DNA of 63,599 bases, the filler included, from Octopus bimaculoides (taxonomy: Eukaryota), in assembly GCF_001194135.2 (NCBI RefSeq). It is 4 parts of 4 records of this genome, joined end to end, with 100 filler letters (N's around TTAATTAATTAA, not from the genome) between each part and the next. Parts side by side here need not be neighbours in the genome. Positions count along the whole stretch, not along the records: positions 7,895 to 38,712 come from NC_068990.1; 3 more parts are not named here. One strand, given 5' to 3'. The notes beneath the pieces are model-generated. The model was given only the letters and a program-made list of their open reading frames with translations, did not search any database and was not told the origin of the DNA. This document shows positions 21,755 through 35,211 of this stretch, one piece after another; position 1 is the first letter of the stretch, and every line of letters starts with the position of its first letter. Position numbers and translations under genes: made by a program.

Positions 21755-21782
21755 CTATATATATATGTACATATAATATGTG

Positions 21783-21821
<39 letters not shown>

Positions 21822-22448
21822 TTGTGTTTGTAGTTACATTTATGAATATACATACAAAAACAAATATATATTTGGATATAATAAAATGGAGAAAATGCTA
21901 AAAAAAATTAAAGGTAACAAGTTGAATATATGCATAAAAATGCTTCCATAGCATAGGTTAAACATTATCGTGAATATCAACAAAGACCAGAGATGGCAAT
22001 TAAAAATAGATTATAGTCCATCAGGTACAGGTGAAATGAAATGAACCTCTGCGAGACTGTAGATTACAATATTTGCACTACGATCAAAAGTAAAAATCAA
22101 CGAGTAAATAGACATGTTTAAAAGCAGAGAAAGTGGCATAGTAGAGTAGAATATTATGTCTTGATTTAATCTTTATATCAACAGCTGTTTCTTTGAACTA
22201 TATTATTTTTTATATTTACATATTTAAATACGTTTAAATATATTTAAAACATTTTATATGTACATATTTAAATTTTTTTTATTTACTATAGCTGATATCT
22301 CTCCTATCTCTTCCTGTCTTTTGTTAACATTAGCGATCGTCAATTTGTTAAAATTAGATCCAGCACCTTAATTGATATGAAACAGAATACATTTATTTTT
22401 AATAACCATACTAAGCTAATTGTATCAAGTATTGTTTTTCCATACATA

Positions 22449-22483
<35 letters not shown>

Positions 22484-22485
<2 letters not shown>

Positions 22486-22710
22486 GGATGTACTTGCATA
22501 GCAAGTGACCTGATCTGAGATCGTGTGCTGGAAGGAAAACAATTGCAGCGTGGAAGGTGTTTATAAGCCATTTAAAATAACACACAAAAACCATTAGATT
22601 CACTACAACATTTAAATTTAATTTGCCAAAATATTTTCGTCGCTTTGAGACTGCGACCTGTTCACTGACAGGTATGCAGCACAGAATTTTGTCAGTGAAC
22701 AGGTCGCGGT
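22484..22710 (-). mobile_element. Putative Penelope-like element terminal repeat (pLTR) carrying the hammerhead, with an inverted partial copy
   Basis: Contains the hammerhead motif, abuts (TA)n, and has an 18-bp perfect inverted duplication (22653-22670/22690-22707). Confidence 0.5.
22624..22670 (-). ncRNA. Minimal type-I hammerhead ribozyme motif (Penelope-type, dimer-forming) with G3:C8 core variant
   Basis: The minus strand reads TGTCA GTGAACA G GTCGC agtctcaaa GCGAC GAAA A TA T T T TGGCA. Stem I is TGTCA/TGGCA, stem II is GTCGC/GCGAC, the GAAA core is intact and stem III is the palindrome AAATATTT. Confidence 0.6.
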
Positions 22711-23313
22711 ATGTTTGTACGTGTGTATACTTGTGTATGGTCAATAGTATGTAAGTGTGATGCTATATAGATATATACAGTGAATGCACGTAGCCAGATA
22801 ATAAGGGTGTTGCACTCATGATCGCAACTTCGTGGCGTCGATTACACTTCATTTCGCGTTGCTCCAGTTCACTCACGTTTAAACGAGAACTCCTGTGACA
22901 GACTGGTGTCTCGTTCAGAATATCATGTTCTCGGTCGCATACACCATGGAAACCAGGTAACCTAGAACTCCAGATAGTATTTCATTTTATTATATATGTA
23001 CATTGTTAGATACTAGATACATGTAGAAGCCACCTTGATCTATCATTCCTCCATTTTGCTTTTATCTCAGATTTTTAACCACATTCATAACACTTATCAA
23101 GTTTTCTCCAATTAATTTTCTTATAATTTTAGCAATTTTTACTCACTTTTTCTTTAATTCAAAATTATTTCCCCACAATTTTGTTAGATTGGTATCATTG
23201 AAAATTGCGTTTTCTCTATTCTATTCTTATCTTTTTTGGTGGAGTTGAAAGGTTGGTTTAGTATTTTTGTCAAAATTCTCGAACATACCACATATATATA
23301 TACATATAGACTC

Positions 23314-23566
23314 GGCTATGTCAAGATGGACTTATGTATTCTTCCTCACATTTGGATTTTTATGTATTCTCTCTCCCACTTGGATTTGAAATGTTGCCAC
23401 ATTTATAATATGTCTTTTCTACAGTAATTTTTCTGCATTTTCGTGCAGCTGAAGATTGCTCTTCATATTGCATTTAAGGTAATGCTCGCATTACTTAAAT
23501 AAATTGAAGTAGCATGAAACGTGCGTACTGCAATCACCTTTGAAATCCGTGTTGCTTATGTTTTGA
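23314..23566. repeat. Unclassified repeat D; second same-orientation copy at 62112-62346
   Basis: Shared ggctatgtcaagatgg...gtgcagctgaagattgctct...gtaatgctcgcattacttaaataaat.gagtagcatgaaacgtgcgtactgcaat; both copies end at (TA)n. Confidence 0.85.
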
Positions 23567-24328
23567 TATATATATATATANNNNNNNNNNNNNNNNNNNN
23601 NNNNNNNNNNNNNNNNNNNNNNNNNNNNNNNNNNNNNNNNNNNNNNNNNNNNNNNNNNNNNNNNNNNNNNNNNNNNNNNNNNNNNNNNNNNNNNNNNNNN
23701 NNNNNNNNNNNNNNNNNNNNNNNNNNNNNNNNNNNNNNNNNNNNNNNNNNNNNNNNNNNNNNNNNNNNNNNNNNNNNNNNNNNNNNNNNNNNNNNNNNNN
23801 NNNNNNNNNNNNNNNNNNNNNNNNNNNNNNNNNNNNNNNNNNNNNNNNNNNNNNNNNNNNNNNNNNNNNNNNNNNNNNNNNNNNNNNNNNNNNNNNNNNN
23901 NNNNNNNNNNNNNNNNNNNNNNNNNNNNNNNNNNNNNNNNNNNNNNNNNNNNNNNNNNNNNNNNNNNNNNNNNNNNNNNNNNNNNNNNNNNNNNNNNNNN
24001 NNNNNNNNNNNNNNNNNNNNNNNNNNNNNNNNNNNNNNNNNNNNNNNNNNNNNNNNNNNNNNNNNNNNNNNNNNNNNNNNNNNNNNNNNNNNNNNNNNNN
24101 NNNNNNNNNNNNNNNNNNNNNNNNNNNNNNNNNNNNNNNNNNNNNNNNNNNNNNNNNNNNNNNNNNNNNNNNNNNNNNNNNNNNNNNNNNNNNNNNNNNN
24201 NNNNNNNNNNNNNNNNNNNNNNNNNNNNNNNNNNNNNNNNNNNNNNNNNNNNNNNNNNNNNNNNNNNNNNNNNNNNNNNNNNNNNNNNNNNNNNNNNNNN
24301 NNNNNNNNNNNNNNNNNNNNNNNNNNNN

Positions 24329-24376
<48 letters not shown>

Positions 24377-24642
24377 TGTGTGTGTGTATGCATGTGAATA
24401 CATACATACATGCGCACACTTATGAAAAACGCCCATATAGGTGACACACACATACATACACACAACATATATGTGTATAAGTGTGTATATGTGAACGTGA
24501 TTACATATGCATATATATGGGTGTAGGTATATGCATATACATACGTATACACATATGTACATGCATATACTATATATATAGCACATGTAAGTATATGTAC
24601 ATATATATACATATACCTACACCTCTCCCTCCTCTCTCTCTC

Positions 24643-24681
<39 letters not shown>

Positions 24682-26419
24682 ATATGCACACCGCACACAC
24701 ATACACACACACTCACACACACACACACACACACGCACATACAAGCATATGCATTCGTCTGCTACACTACTTATCGGATATGTATTATCATTCACTTGGT
24801 TGATAGCCCAGTGTTTTATTCGCTGAGCTGTGCACAGATGTTAGATGTTATCTGCTCAGAATATAGATAAACAAGCCATAAGCTGCCTGGGAGATGCTCG
24901 GTTCCACTTTCGTTGAGTGGAGCAGATAAGAGGTAAATCTTTCTTTCTATTGAACACACGCGTGGTGATGTTGGTAAGTATTGATATTTGATCAGGTACT
25001 TTTTTTCCGACTGGTGTTTGGAGCGAAACATAGCCGAATATACATATTGCACCGGATCACGAGGTAACATCTACAAAATATCTAAAGTAACGAGTTATTA
25101 CTCCAATATCTAATTCGCTTAATTCGCTTCTTTTTTTTTTTCACTTTTTATTATTTTTCTTTTTACCCTTCTAATGATACAGCTATATACATATTTTATG
25201 AAGTACGTATAGCATATACATACATGCATTTAACGAAAAGCTTATTTTGTTCATTGGTCGCTAAAGTTCTGTTATTCCCACTACGAATGTGCGTTAACAT
25301 GGAGACTACTAGTGAGTTTAGTACTGGTTAGAATTATTTATGCATTTTAATTACCACTTCCCAAGAGACTATCTTCTTTGTAAGTTAACAAAGGCACCAG
25401 ATAATTGTTTTTACCATTTCTTCCTATCATGCAATTAATAGCTATTGACGCAGGCGTGGGTTTATAAGTCCTGATGGTATTTATTTCACTTCACGAATAT
25501 CGATAGTGAAATGGAGTCGATTAGTATATTGTTTAACACAATATAACCATCAAAGAATTTAGTGGTTCGCATCCTACAACTGGCTCTGCGCTGTATCAAC
25601 AGCTTAGATATTGAGCATTTTCACGCTGATTATTTGTGTAGCATTTCTTTACGTTCTGAGTTCAAATCCCGCTGAGGTGAACTTTCCCTATTATCCTTTC
25701 AGGGCCGATAATATAAAGTAACAGTCAAGTCGTGGAAACGGGTAACTGGTTTTATGAGTCCTATGACTTGAGAAAAAAATGACAGCATATTAAAATATAT
25801 AACGGCATTAAAACATGATAGTAAAGGGAGTGAGAGCATATTTCAAGAGGTAAACCAAGATATTTTAATTAAAATTAAACCCTTAATGAATAAAATAAAT
25901 TAGTATGTAACTGACAAAAACTGACTGATAAAGTCATGCAGAGAAAAAATCCAAAATTTTAATAAATTAATTAAATAAGAAATGCAGGAATACAGTGCAG
26001 ATCGAATCTGATGTTTAGCAGCAAGGTGACAACTTCTGACATGTTTCGTTCTTATTAAGCCTCATAAGAAAAGCTTAGTCTAGCTAAAGCACGTCTTATA
26101 GGTATGTATGTATTGAGTGAAAATAGTAGCTGATATTAACCATAGGTTTATTTTAGAGAAGAGACATTGAGTTATTCATTCAAAAAGAAGAGTTCACGAC
26201 TTGATTTCGGCATCCCGTTGAATTTATTTCGTTTACAATAAATGTGGCCTTTACTTACATATTTTGCCTTGAGATTAGCCGTAGCTGAGCAGAACTAAAA
26301 TGGTAAGACAATACATTCACTTTCTTGGGAAAAAAATGCAAAATCATGCAGAACCAAAGGTTATACTTAAATCACGTGATTGTTCAAACTGATAGGAATA
26401 ATCAACCCTCACTCTGTCT

Positions 26420-26454
<35 letters not shown>

Positions 26455-26617
26455 TTCTCTCTCTCTCTTCTCCCTCTCCTCTCTCTTTCTCTATCTCTCT
26501 CTGTACCACACACATACATACACACGCATACACACATACATACACATTCACACATTAACACTCACACAAACACACGTAAGTACACACACATAAACACATA
26601 CACTCTCGCTATCTCTC

Positions 26618-26683
<66 letters not shown>

Positions 26684-27647
26684 CTCCTCTCTCTCTCTCA
26701 CTCTCAAGTTGATCTTAATGTCTTAAAAAGAGACAGACATATTGGATAATGCAGACCTAGATTCGCAATGGCCGAGAGTAAAAACGAACTGGTCATTTCA
26801 TCATTTTTCCGCTGGATAAAGGAACCCAATTCAAAACTAACAACAACAACGACAACGGATTAAATTTTAATGAAATTTATGTTTAACTTTCTTAAAAATA
26901 TATTTTTACGACAAANNNNNNNNNNNNNNNNNNNNNNNNNNNNNNNNNNNNNNNNNNNNNNNNNNNNNNNNNNNNNNNNNNNNNNNNNNNNNNNNNNNNN
27001 NNNNNNNNNNNNNNNNNNNNNNNNNNNNNNNNNNNNNNNNNNNNNNNNNNNNNNNNNNNNNNNNNNNNNNNNNNNNNNNNNNNNNNNNNNNNNNNNNNNN
27101 NNNNNNNNNNNNNNNNNNNNNNNNNNNNNNNNNNNNNNNNNNNNNNNNNNNNNNNNNNNNNNNNNNNNNNNNNNNNNNNNNNNNNNNNNNNNNNNNNNNN
27201 NNNNNNNNNNNNNNNNNNNNNNNNNNNNNNNNNNNNNNNNNNNNNNNNNNNNNNNNNNNNNNNNNNNNNNNNNNNNNNNNNNNNNNNNNNNNNNNNNNNN
27301 NNNNNNNNNNNNNNNNNNNNNNNNNNNNNNNNNNNNNNNNNNNNNNNNNNNNNNNNNNNNNNNNNNNNNNNNNNNNNNNNNNNNNNNNNNNNNNNNNNNN
27401 NNNNNNNNNNNNNNNNNNNNNNNNNNNNNNNNNNNNNNNNNNNNNNNNNNNNNNNNNNNNNNCCTAATGTGCTAGAAGATCACATGTCATGTGTTTACTA
27501 AGACCGAATAATTCTCAAATAATTCTCGAATAATTCCCTTTGAGAATTATTCGGTCTTATAAGACACATGACATGTGATCTTCTTCTAGCACATTAGGAG
27601 TCCACCTAGTGGCCTCCTTTATATATACTCGTATATATTTTTCTATA

Positions 27648-27686
<39 letters not shown>

Positions 27687-28414
27687 ATAACGTGACCGAC
27701 AAGGCTATCAGATGTTGTAACACATCGCTGGTCACAATGCGTTTTTGCATCGTTTTAGCTTTCAAATGCTGCCACTCTGCTGGCTAGGCGCAAATCTCAT
27801 CATGCTACCTTAAAATGGTAAGGACACTCAACGTAATTGTGAAAACTTATGTGCAATCAGTCGACCCTGCTAGAAATTGTAGCTCATTTTTCTCAGATTT
27901 CATCTTCAAATCTCACCCTGCTGTCTTATACGGGGAAGGACACCCTACATAATGAGGAAAACCTAAATGGAATCAGTTGACCCAGATAGAAATAGCAGTC
28001 CGTTTCTACTCAGTCTAAGCCTACCGTCTTAAAATAGTTCTTGATGATATATGTGCAAAATAGATAAGAAATGTTACGACTGAAACACCTTGTTTACATG
28101 TCTGCTGGAGAATGGTTACTCGACAACAAAAGCATGGCAAAATAAAAATCTGTTTCTAATTAAAGTCAGATTATATCGTATGTTGGCCAAACATGCCTGA
28201 TTGCTATTCTGGTTTTAATTAATATAATCTTTATGCAGAAAACGCTCGAGTGGCATTTGCTGTCGAAAGCCCTTTCGTGTGTGTGCGTATGTCTAGGTTG
28301 TTATTTTTCAGCCCTAGGATTCATAAGATTGGTTTTCCGGTTTCCATGACGTATACCTGATCCAGACTACAGCAGTACCCTGAAGGAGACGCAGGTCCAT
28401 TGCTGGGTTTAAGG

Positions 28415-28605
28415 TCAGTAAATTTTAGGGTAGGATACAAGTTAAGTGCATTGACCTCAACACTTGACTGGTACTGTGATTTATTGACTCCGAAACGATG
28501 TAAAGTAAAGTTGACCTCAGCAGGATTCGAGCCTAGAACGTAAGAAGCTGAATGCCGCTAAGCGTTTTGACCAACGTGCTTACGATTGTGCCAGCTCGCC
28601 GCCTT
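28415..28605 (-). mobile_element. SINE family B
   Basis: Reverse-complement similarity ending in ccagctcgccgcc. Confidence 0.75.
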
Positions 28606-29048
28606 TGTCTAGATTATATATTTGAATTAATTCTTTTACAGTTACTCTGATGTCTGACGACACTATTTATTCAGGCAGTTTTTCTCCGGAGCCAGACTTG
28701 GATAATTACATACACAACTCGAGGTCGCTAGAGTGCATTAATTAACCATGAATGTCGGGTAGTAGGGATACATTAAGTGTAATAGACGTAATCTTTGTAA
28801 ATTATTTATTTTTCGGATGTATAGAGAACGAATTTATTGACAAGCAATATACATGCATACACACAGACACACACACAGACACACTCACTCACTCTCACAC
28901 ACAGACACACACATACACATATATATTATAAAATTAAGGCTAAATCACTTCGATGATTTTATCAAGGGGCCAGCGTACCTACAATATATATATATACATA
29001 TTTATATATACATACACACACACGATGCATATATATATACATATATAT

Positions 29049-29120
<72 letters not shown>

Positions 29121-29424
29121 AGAAGAGAAAGAGACAGATAAACAGAGACAGAGACAGTCAGGCAGACTGACAGACAGAGACAAGCAGAGATACGTATACA
29201 TATATGTGTATGTGTATTGATTGGCGACCGTTTGTTTTCACAAACAGGAAAGAAAAGTTACTAATCTGTAGTTGTTTAACCAGATTGTGAGATAATGTGT
29301 TTCAGAAGAATATTATCATATCTTCTCTTTACACCTACATGAGAGAAGTTATTTTGTCAAATGCTAACTTCACAAAAAGCACGGACGGCTAAATATGTAG
29401 GTGGTAACATAATCAGTCGTACTG

Positions 29425-31616
29425 TCAGTGGCTTCTAGCTTGTCTTTGACACTGAATGGTGTCCCACCAGATTGCTTTAGTTAACCTAATTCTAGGGGAT
29501 AAACAGAAGAACGGGAAGAAGTTGTTGCACCAGTTTGTTAGCTTGTAATGTTCATCACCACAACTCATGTATAAGGAAATATACTAGTCTCATCGAGAAA
29601 TAAAGAGAGTTCGGTCTTTCAATGATAGATACCTCCATTCAGGAAATATCAAGTAAATCAATCGATAATGAATAACGGTTAAAGAATGTCAAAGACCTCC
29701 TCTACTTATCTATTTATGAATTCAATAAACTACAGGTCATAACTGAAAATTAATGCAATAAAGATATTTTCATGTAGATGCACATGATCATAGTATGTTC
29801 ACTGTGACCTAATGGTTAAGAAGTTGACATTGTAACCATGAGGCTGTGGGATACAGCATCTTCGACAAATGTCATATTATATAATATATGTATGTGTGTG
29901 TTTGTGTGCATGTGTTCTATAATATACAGGAGGTAGGCAAAAGTAGGAATGCAGTTCCTTAATATGAGTGGAATGTTCTTGTGTCTCAAGCATTTACTTA
30001 AAGTCACCAGAAATCAAAACAGTGTTTTCAACGAACGGGGGATCTTCCGCAGATCCCTTAATCGATTTATGAATCTCTCAGGTTTAAAAAAATGAAAGAG
30101 AGAAATGAAAAGAACATTCCACTCATGTTAAGCAGTTGTGTACCTGACGATAGTGTATAAGGTAGACACGATCAGTATAACAAGAGACTGAAATGAAGCA
30201 GACTGCAACTGCCGGGTGGAATGTACTGTAATTCACTGATTCTGTCCACGATTACCTTAATGGGATGTTTGTAGAATACTCAGCAACATACGTATTAATT
30301 CAGGAGCGGGTAATTCAGTTAATTAAACAACTGAATCTTCATCTTCGAATAATGGCGATCCACCATTTTGTTATAATAGTGTGAAATATTTTCGAACAAT
30401 AACATAAATATATAGATGGAAAATTTTCCTTTAGTGCTAATTCTGTTTTAGTTTTAATTAATAATTGATCAACTATTTCTTTCGATTAATGTACCAAGAG
30501 GAACGTGGCGGATGCACATAAGAAGCAGCTCTAACGGTAATCTATTACGGGGTTAGTAATATACACTTGATCCGTTTTATTTTTAATTTCCTTTGAGTCA
30601 TTTGGTAGATCTACAATTTAAATGCACCATGGATAAATATATACTTTTATAATTTGTAAAGCAATGTCTAAAAGAAAAGAATACTCACCATAGCTTCTTG
30701 AGAAAGAGCACATAGGGTACAGCAAAGATGTAGAAAAATATCACCGATCAATGAGCCCTGAAATGGTTAAAAGGAAAAAAAAAACAGTTGCCGTTTAGTT
30801 GTTTTGAAGCAAATATATAAACTAGTATACATGGATGAAATACATACAATTAATACATACAGTTATGTGATATATACGTGCGCTTGTGACAATAGAAATA
30901 GTATAGATTAAACCACAAGAGAATAATCTTTACTTGTGTAATCACTGTGTATTCTCTGCGACTCAACTCAGTCTTTGTTTTTTTGTTTGCTTTTGGTTTT
31001 GTTTTGTTATTGCCATCGTTTTCGTTTTCAATATAACCTATTTAATAACTTCGCATTAGTCACAAAATCTTGCAGTATACAATGATACTTTGAAATCACA
31101 GGCTAAACTGCATGGTTTGAGAGGTTCACTTGCTTCCGAGTTCGATCCCTACGCGTAGCTTTGGGCAAGTATCTTCTTCTATCACAAAATAATAAAACTA
31201 ACACTTTTCAAAACAAATTTAAATCTCTAAAACACGTTCATATTTCAGAAATGACTAAAACCTCTTAGAATTCGATATTGACTTTCACAAACCTCTGCTA
31301 ATAAATAATATTACCTAAAATTACAAAAAGACCAATTCACACTTACAGTATCATTAACATGAAGATAAAATAGAAACAAAACTGGAAGCAGACGATAAAA
31401 TAGTAACACTACCTGAAAAGTGCTTATCATATTAAGAAATCATTATGAAAATTTTACATCTAACTCTATAAATCCTGGTAAATCAAACGTAGCAAAATCA
31501 AAGATAATATGAGGAAGATGACAAACCTCCAGCAATGGAAAAGTATTCACGCAGTATTTAACTGGTGTGATAATATCAGAGACAACAGATTCCTCTCCAA
31601 TACGCCCACAAATTCT
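29425..31616 (-). CDS. Candidate spliced gene of unknown product; complement join(31616-31527,31412-31347,30757-30689,30187-30144,29491-29425); about 111 aa, 5'-partial
   Basis: AG/GT-bounded segments (donors gtttgt, gtaagt, gtgagt, gtacac) with compatible phases 0,0,0,0,2 give RICGRIGEES...LLE/VVLLFYRLLPVLFLFYLHVNDT/GSLIGDIFLHLCCTLCALSQEAM/SLVILIVSTLYTIV/RIRLTKAIWWDTIQCQRQARSH*. No family recognised; could be chance or non-coding. Confidence 0.3.
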
Positions 31617-31744
31617 CTAGGAACTTCCCATTATTGAAAAAGAAGAAACAGATATTATACTACACACAAGAAAGGTTCTAAATTTTAATAATAAATCTAT
31701 TTAGATTTTTAAAAATCAAACTCGAAGATCGTAGTTCATTTTAG

Positions 31745-32090
31745 CGAGGCGAAGGTGCACACACAGCGCAGAACCATGCTGCCTTATCGATTTTTGATGA
31801 GCTCACAAAAAATTGCAAAAACTAACTTTTACAGAGACGACGGTCTAGCAATTTCTAAAGACATGAACAGAAGTACACTTGAGAGATTCGGGAAAGACGC
31901 TTAATAACCCTGGACTAAAAGTAACTATCACGACCAAATCTACTTCAATATTATCCTTAGACTCCCACCTAAACTTAAAAATGAATCTTTATAAACTTTA
32001 TAGGGAGTCAAATGAAATCCTAACTAGCATGCACAAAGTCTGATGCTACTATCCAGTGATAAATAATACAAGTAGAAGATTGTCCAGGTA
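31745..32090 (+). mobile_element. Degraded Penelope-like reverse transcriptase fragment
   Basis: YRDDGLAISK at 31830, then GLKVTITTK...LD..LNLK..YKLYRESNEIL..MHK...P.I...SRRLS. This is the PLE RT catalytic motif plus its characteristic downstream pattern, with stops and frameshifts. Confidence 0.6.
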
Positions 32091-33205
32091 AAAATAAAAC
32101 AAAATAGATAATACAACTCCAGAAGCTAACAATTTCAAAGATGAAATCAAATACATAAAAATTATGTTTGCAATAGAAGCTGGAGGTGCAAAATTGTATG
32201 GTTTATGTTCCGTTAAATAGATTTGGGTCGTAAATAAAAAGACGACGTGCTGACAAACAGCAATTATACAACTCCATAAAAACTATCAGTATACCATGAA
32301 TAGTTTAATTGTATCATAAATATATGTATTATATACACTGATACTGAAAGTTCTAATTTTTCTTCATATCTTTAAAACAATATACACGTTTGTGTTATGC
32401 ATACATAGGCCTATTTATAAATATTAAAAATATATATATATATATATATANNNNNNNNNNNNNNNNNNNNNNNNNNNNNNNNNNNNNNNNNNNNNNNNNN
32501 NNNNNNNNNNNNNNNNNNNNNNNNNNNNNNNNNNNNNNNNNNNNNNNNNNNNNNNNNNNNNNNNNNNNNNNNNNNNNNNNNNNNNNNNNNNNNNNNNNNN
32601 NNNNNNNNNNNNNNNNNNNNNNNNNNNNNNNNNNNNNNNNNNNNNNNNNNNNNNNNNNNNNNNNNNNNNNNNNNNNNNNNNNNNNNNNNNNNNNNNNNNN
32701 NNNNNNNNNNNNNNNNNNNNNNNNNNNNNNNNNNNNNNNNNNNNNNNNNNNNNNNNNNNNNNNNNNNNNNNNNNNNNNNNNNNNNNNNNNNNNNNNNNNN
32801 NNNNNNNNNNNNNNNNNNNNNNNNNNNNNNNNNNNNNNNNNNNNNNNNNNNNNNNNNNNNNNNNNNNNNNNNNNNNNNNNNNNNNNNNNNNNNNNNNNNN
32901 NNNNNNNNNNNNNNNNNNNNNNNNNNNNNNNNNNNNNNNNNNNNNNNNNNNNNNNNNNNNNNNNNNNNNNNNNNNNNNNNNNNNNNNNNNNNNNNNNNNN
33001 NNNNNNNNNNNNNNNNNNNNNNNNNNNNNNNNNNNNNNNNNNNNNNNNNNNNNNNNNNNNNNNNNNNNNNNNNNNNNNNNNNNNNNNNNNNNNNNNNNNN
33101 NNNNNNNNNNNNNNNNNNNNNNNNNNNNNNNNNNNNNNNNNNNNNNNNNNNNNNNNNNNNNNNNNNNNNNNNNNNNNNNNNNNNNNNNNNNNNNNNNNNN
33201 NNNNN

Positions 33206-33260
<55 letters not shown>

Positions 33261-33757
33261 TGTATTTGTATAAGCATACTTAATGGTATGTCACATCGAA
33301 ATATTATCAAAGCTTAACAATAAGCCACATCACCACAATTACTAATAGCTGCTTTTTAAAACCTAACCACGAGTTTATACACCACTTGATCAGATATGAT
33401 AACCAGCTACTCAAACCCATCAGTCTATGTTATCAAATAGACACTGTATAGGGCGATAACTTGTCGCTCTTGTTACCTTAGTCTGTTGTTTACCTGTTAT
33501 CATACCTGCCCACGAGTGTTGTGTCTGGAGAAATGGATATCTTCAATCTTGAAGAATATTTCAACTCGTCTTTACTAATGAATTGAAGCTGTATTGACAA
33601 AAATATTGACAATACTAAAATGCAAGTGAATGGCATTCACCAGTATTATGGTGGTATGGTAATTGGTGAGTCATAAAGTGTTTCTTTTGTGGGGGAGTGG
33701 GAGGCAGGATAAAGATGGTTCTAAACCTAAAAGATTTGTTGATATTGCTAATATTTA

Positions 33758-33985
33758 GGGCGGCTGAATCGTTAGCACGCTGGGTGAAATGCTTAGCGGT
33801 ATTTCGTCTAGCGTTACGTTCTGAGTTCAAACTCCGCCGAGGTCGACTTTGCCTTTCATCCTTTAGGGGTCGATTAAATAAGTACCAGTTACGCACTGGG
33901 GTTGATTACATCGACTGAAACCCTTTGTCTGTCCTTGTTTGTTCCCTCTATGTTTAGCCCCCTGAGGGCAACAAAGAAATAAATA
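33758..33985 (+). mobile_element. SINE family B (alternative tail variant)
   Basis: Body nearly identical to the 4168 copy; tail tttgtctgtccttgtttgt...aaagaaata. Confidence 0.88.
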
Positions 33986-34462
33986 TTGCTAATATATCGA
34001 TGTGAGAATTACAAGTACTTTATGCGAGGCGAGAACGTCACGTACGACTGACTCCTTAATTAATGAGAAAGCAGGAAAATTTAATAGCTACAGAGAAGAT
34101 AGAAAACATAGACATCAAACGTTTCAGCCTAACAAGTATATCACTTAATTGATAATACGTTTTAATGCCAATTTTGACATCTAAATTTGCTTATCTGAAT
34201 TGATGAAAAAAAATGAATGAAAAAATCGGAAGCTGTTCAATGTTATACGGAAATTTCAATATCAGTGGTTGATTTAGACATTATGTTTCCTACACAAGGA
34301 AGATGCCTCAAATATGTGTTAACAGCATTTACATCAGATGCTTATTGGGTTATAATGCTAAAGCTCAGCTGCGGAGAGCAAAATTTAATACAAAAATAAC
34401 AACCTCGTTAGGATAGCTGATTTCTCTCTCTCTCTTTCGCTCTCTTTCTTTCTTTCTCTCTC

Positions 34463-34510
<48 letters not shown>

Positions 34511-34784
34511 TCTCTCTTTCTCTGTCTAACTATCTCTTCTCATGAATACTATAATAGCCCACTTATCACTGACATCTCGTTTTAACTGATAGATTTACAA
34601 AATGTAATAAAAATATCTTGAAATACAAAAGAGTAAATTTTTTCAATAAAATCGCCATTGGTTTCAACTACGGCCTCAAGACGACATCGAAATCTCCTGC
34701 ATCATAATGTTACACGTGAACAAAAGTATATAATCGGCAGCATTCGACAACTAAACAGATGACACTAAAATGCTGCTAGAGATG

Positions 34785-35150
34785 AAGGTATCTATGCGGT
34801 TTTCTAAAGTTTCCAGATGTTTCTTCAGGTTGGGTGGTTTTGAACCCAATGCTCCGATGACAATAGGGACAACCTTTATGTTTGACTCTCGTAGCTTTCA
34901 CAACTTAGCGATCTCAAATCTCAGGTTTCCATATTTATCAATCTTTTCGCTTTCTTTCATTATAATACGTTGATCTCCTGGCACTTCCACGTCGAATATT
35001 AGGCACTCTTGTTTGTCCCTCCTAAAGGTTACTACAACCGGCCTTCGGTGCTCTAACACCTTGTCTATCTGGAAGTAAAAGTCCCAGAGGATTTTTGCCA
35101 TCCCCTTTTCGTCCATTACTTTTTCCACTGTATGTTGGTACCAAGCACCT
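34785..35150 (-). mobile_element. R4/Dong-like non-LTR retrotransposon, restriction-like endonuclease fragment (dead)
   Basis: WYQHTVEKVMDEKGMAKILWDFYFQIDKVLEHRRPVVV...LIFDVEVPGDQ..KE.EKIDKY..L..EIAKL*KLRESNIKVVPIVIGALGS: RLE domain with PD>PV change and a TGG>TGA stop. Confidence 0.8.
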
Positions 35151-35166
35151 TATTATTATTATTATG

Positions 35167-35211
<45 letters not shown>

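Noticed and set aside
33506-33588. Exon-like segment LQFISKDELK... on the minus strand, and another at 47375-47415 ending ATG|gtgagt
   Set aside because: The 33506-33588 segment ends in phase 2 and cannot join the phase-0 candidate exons at 31616, and 47375-47415 links to them only through it; such AG...GT pairs arise by chance in AT-rich DNA.
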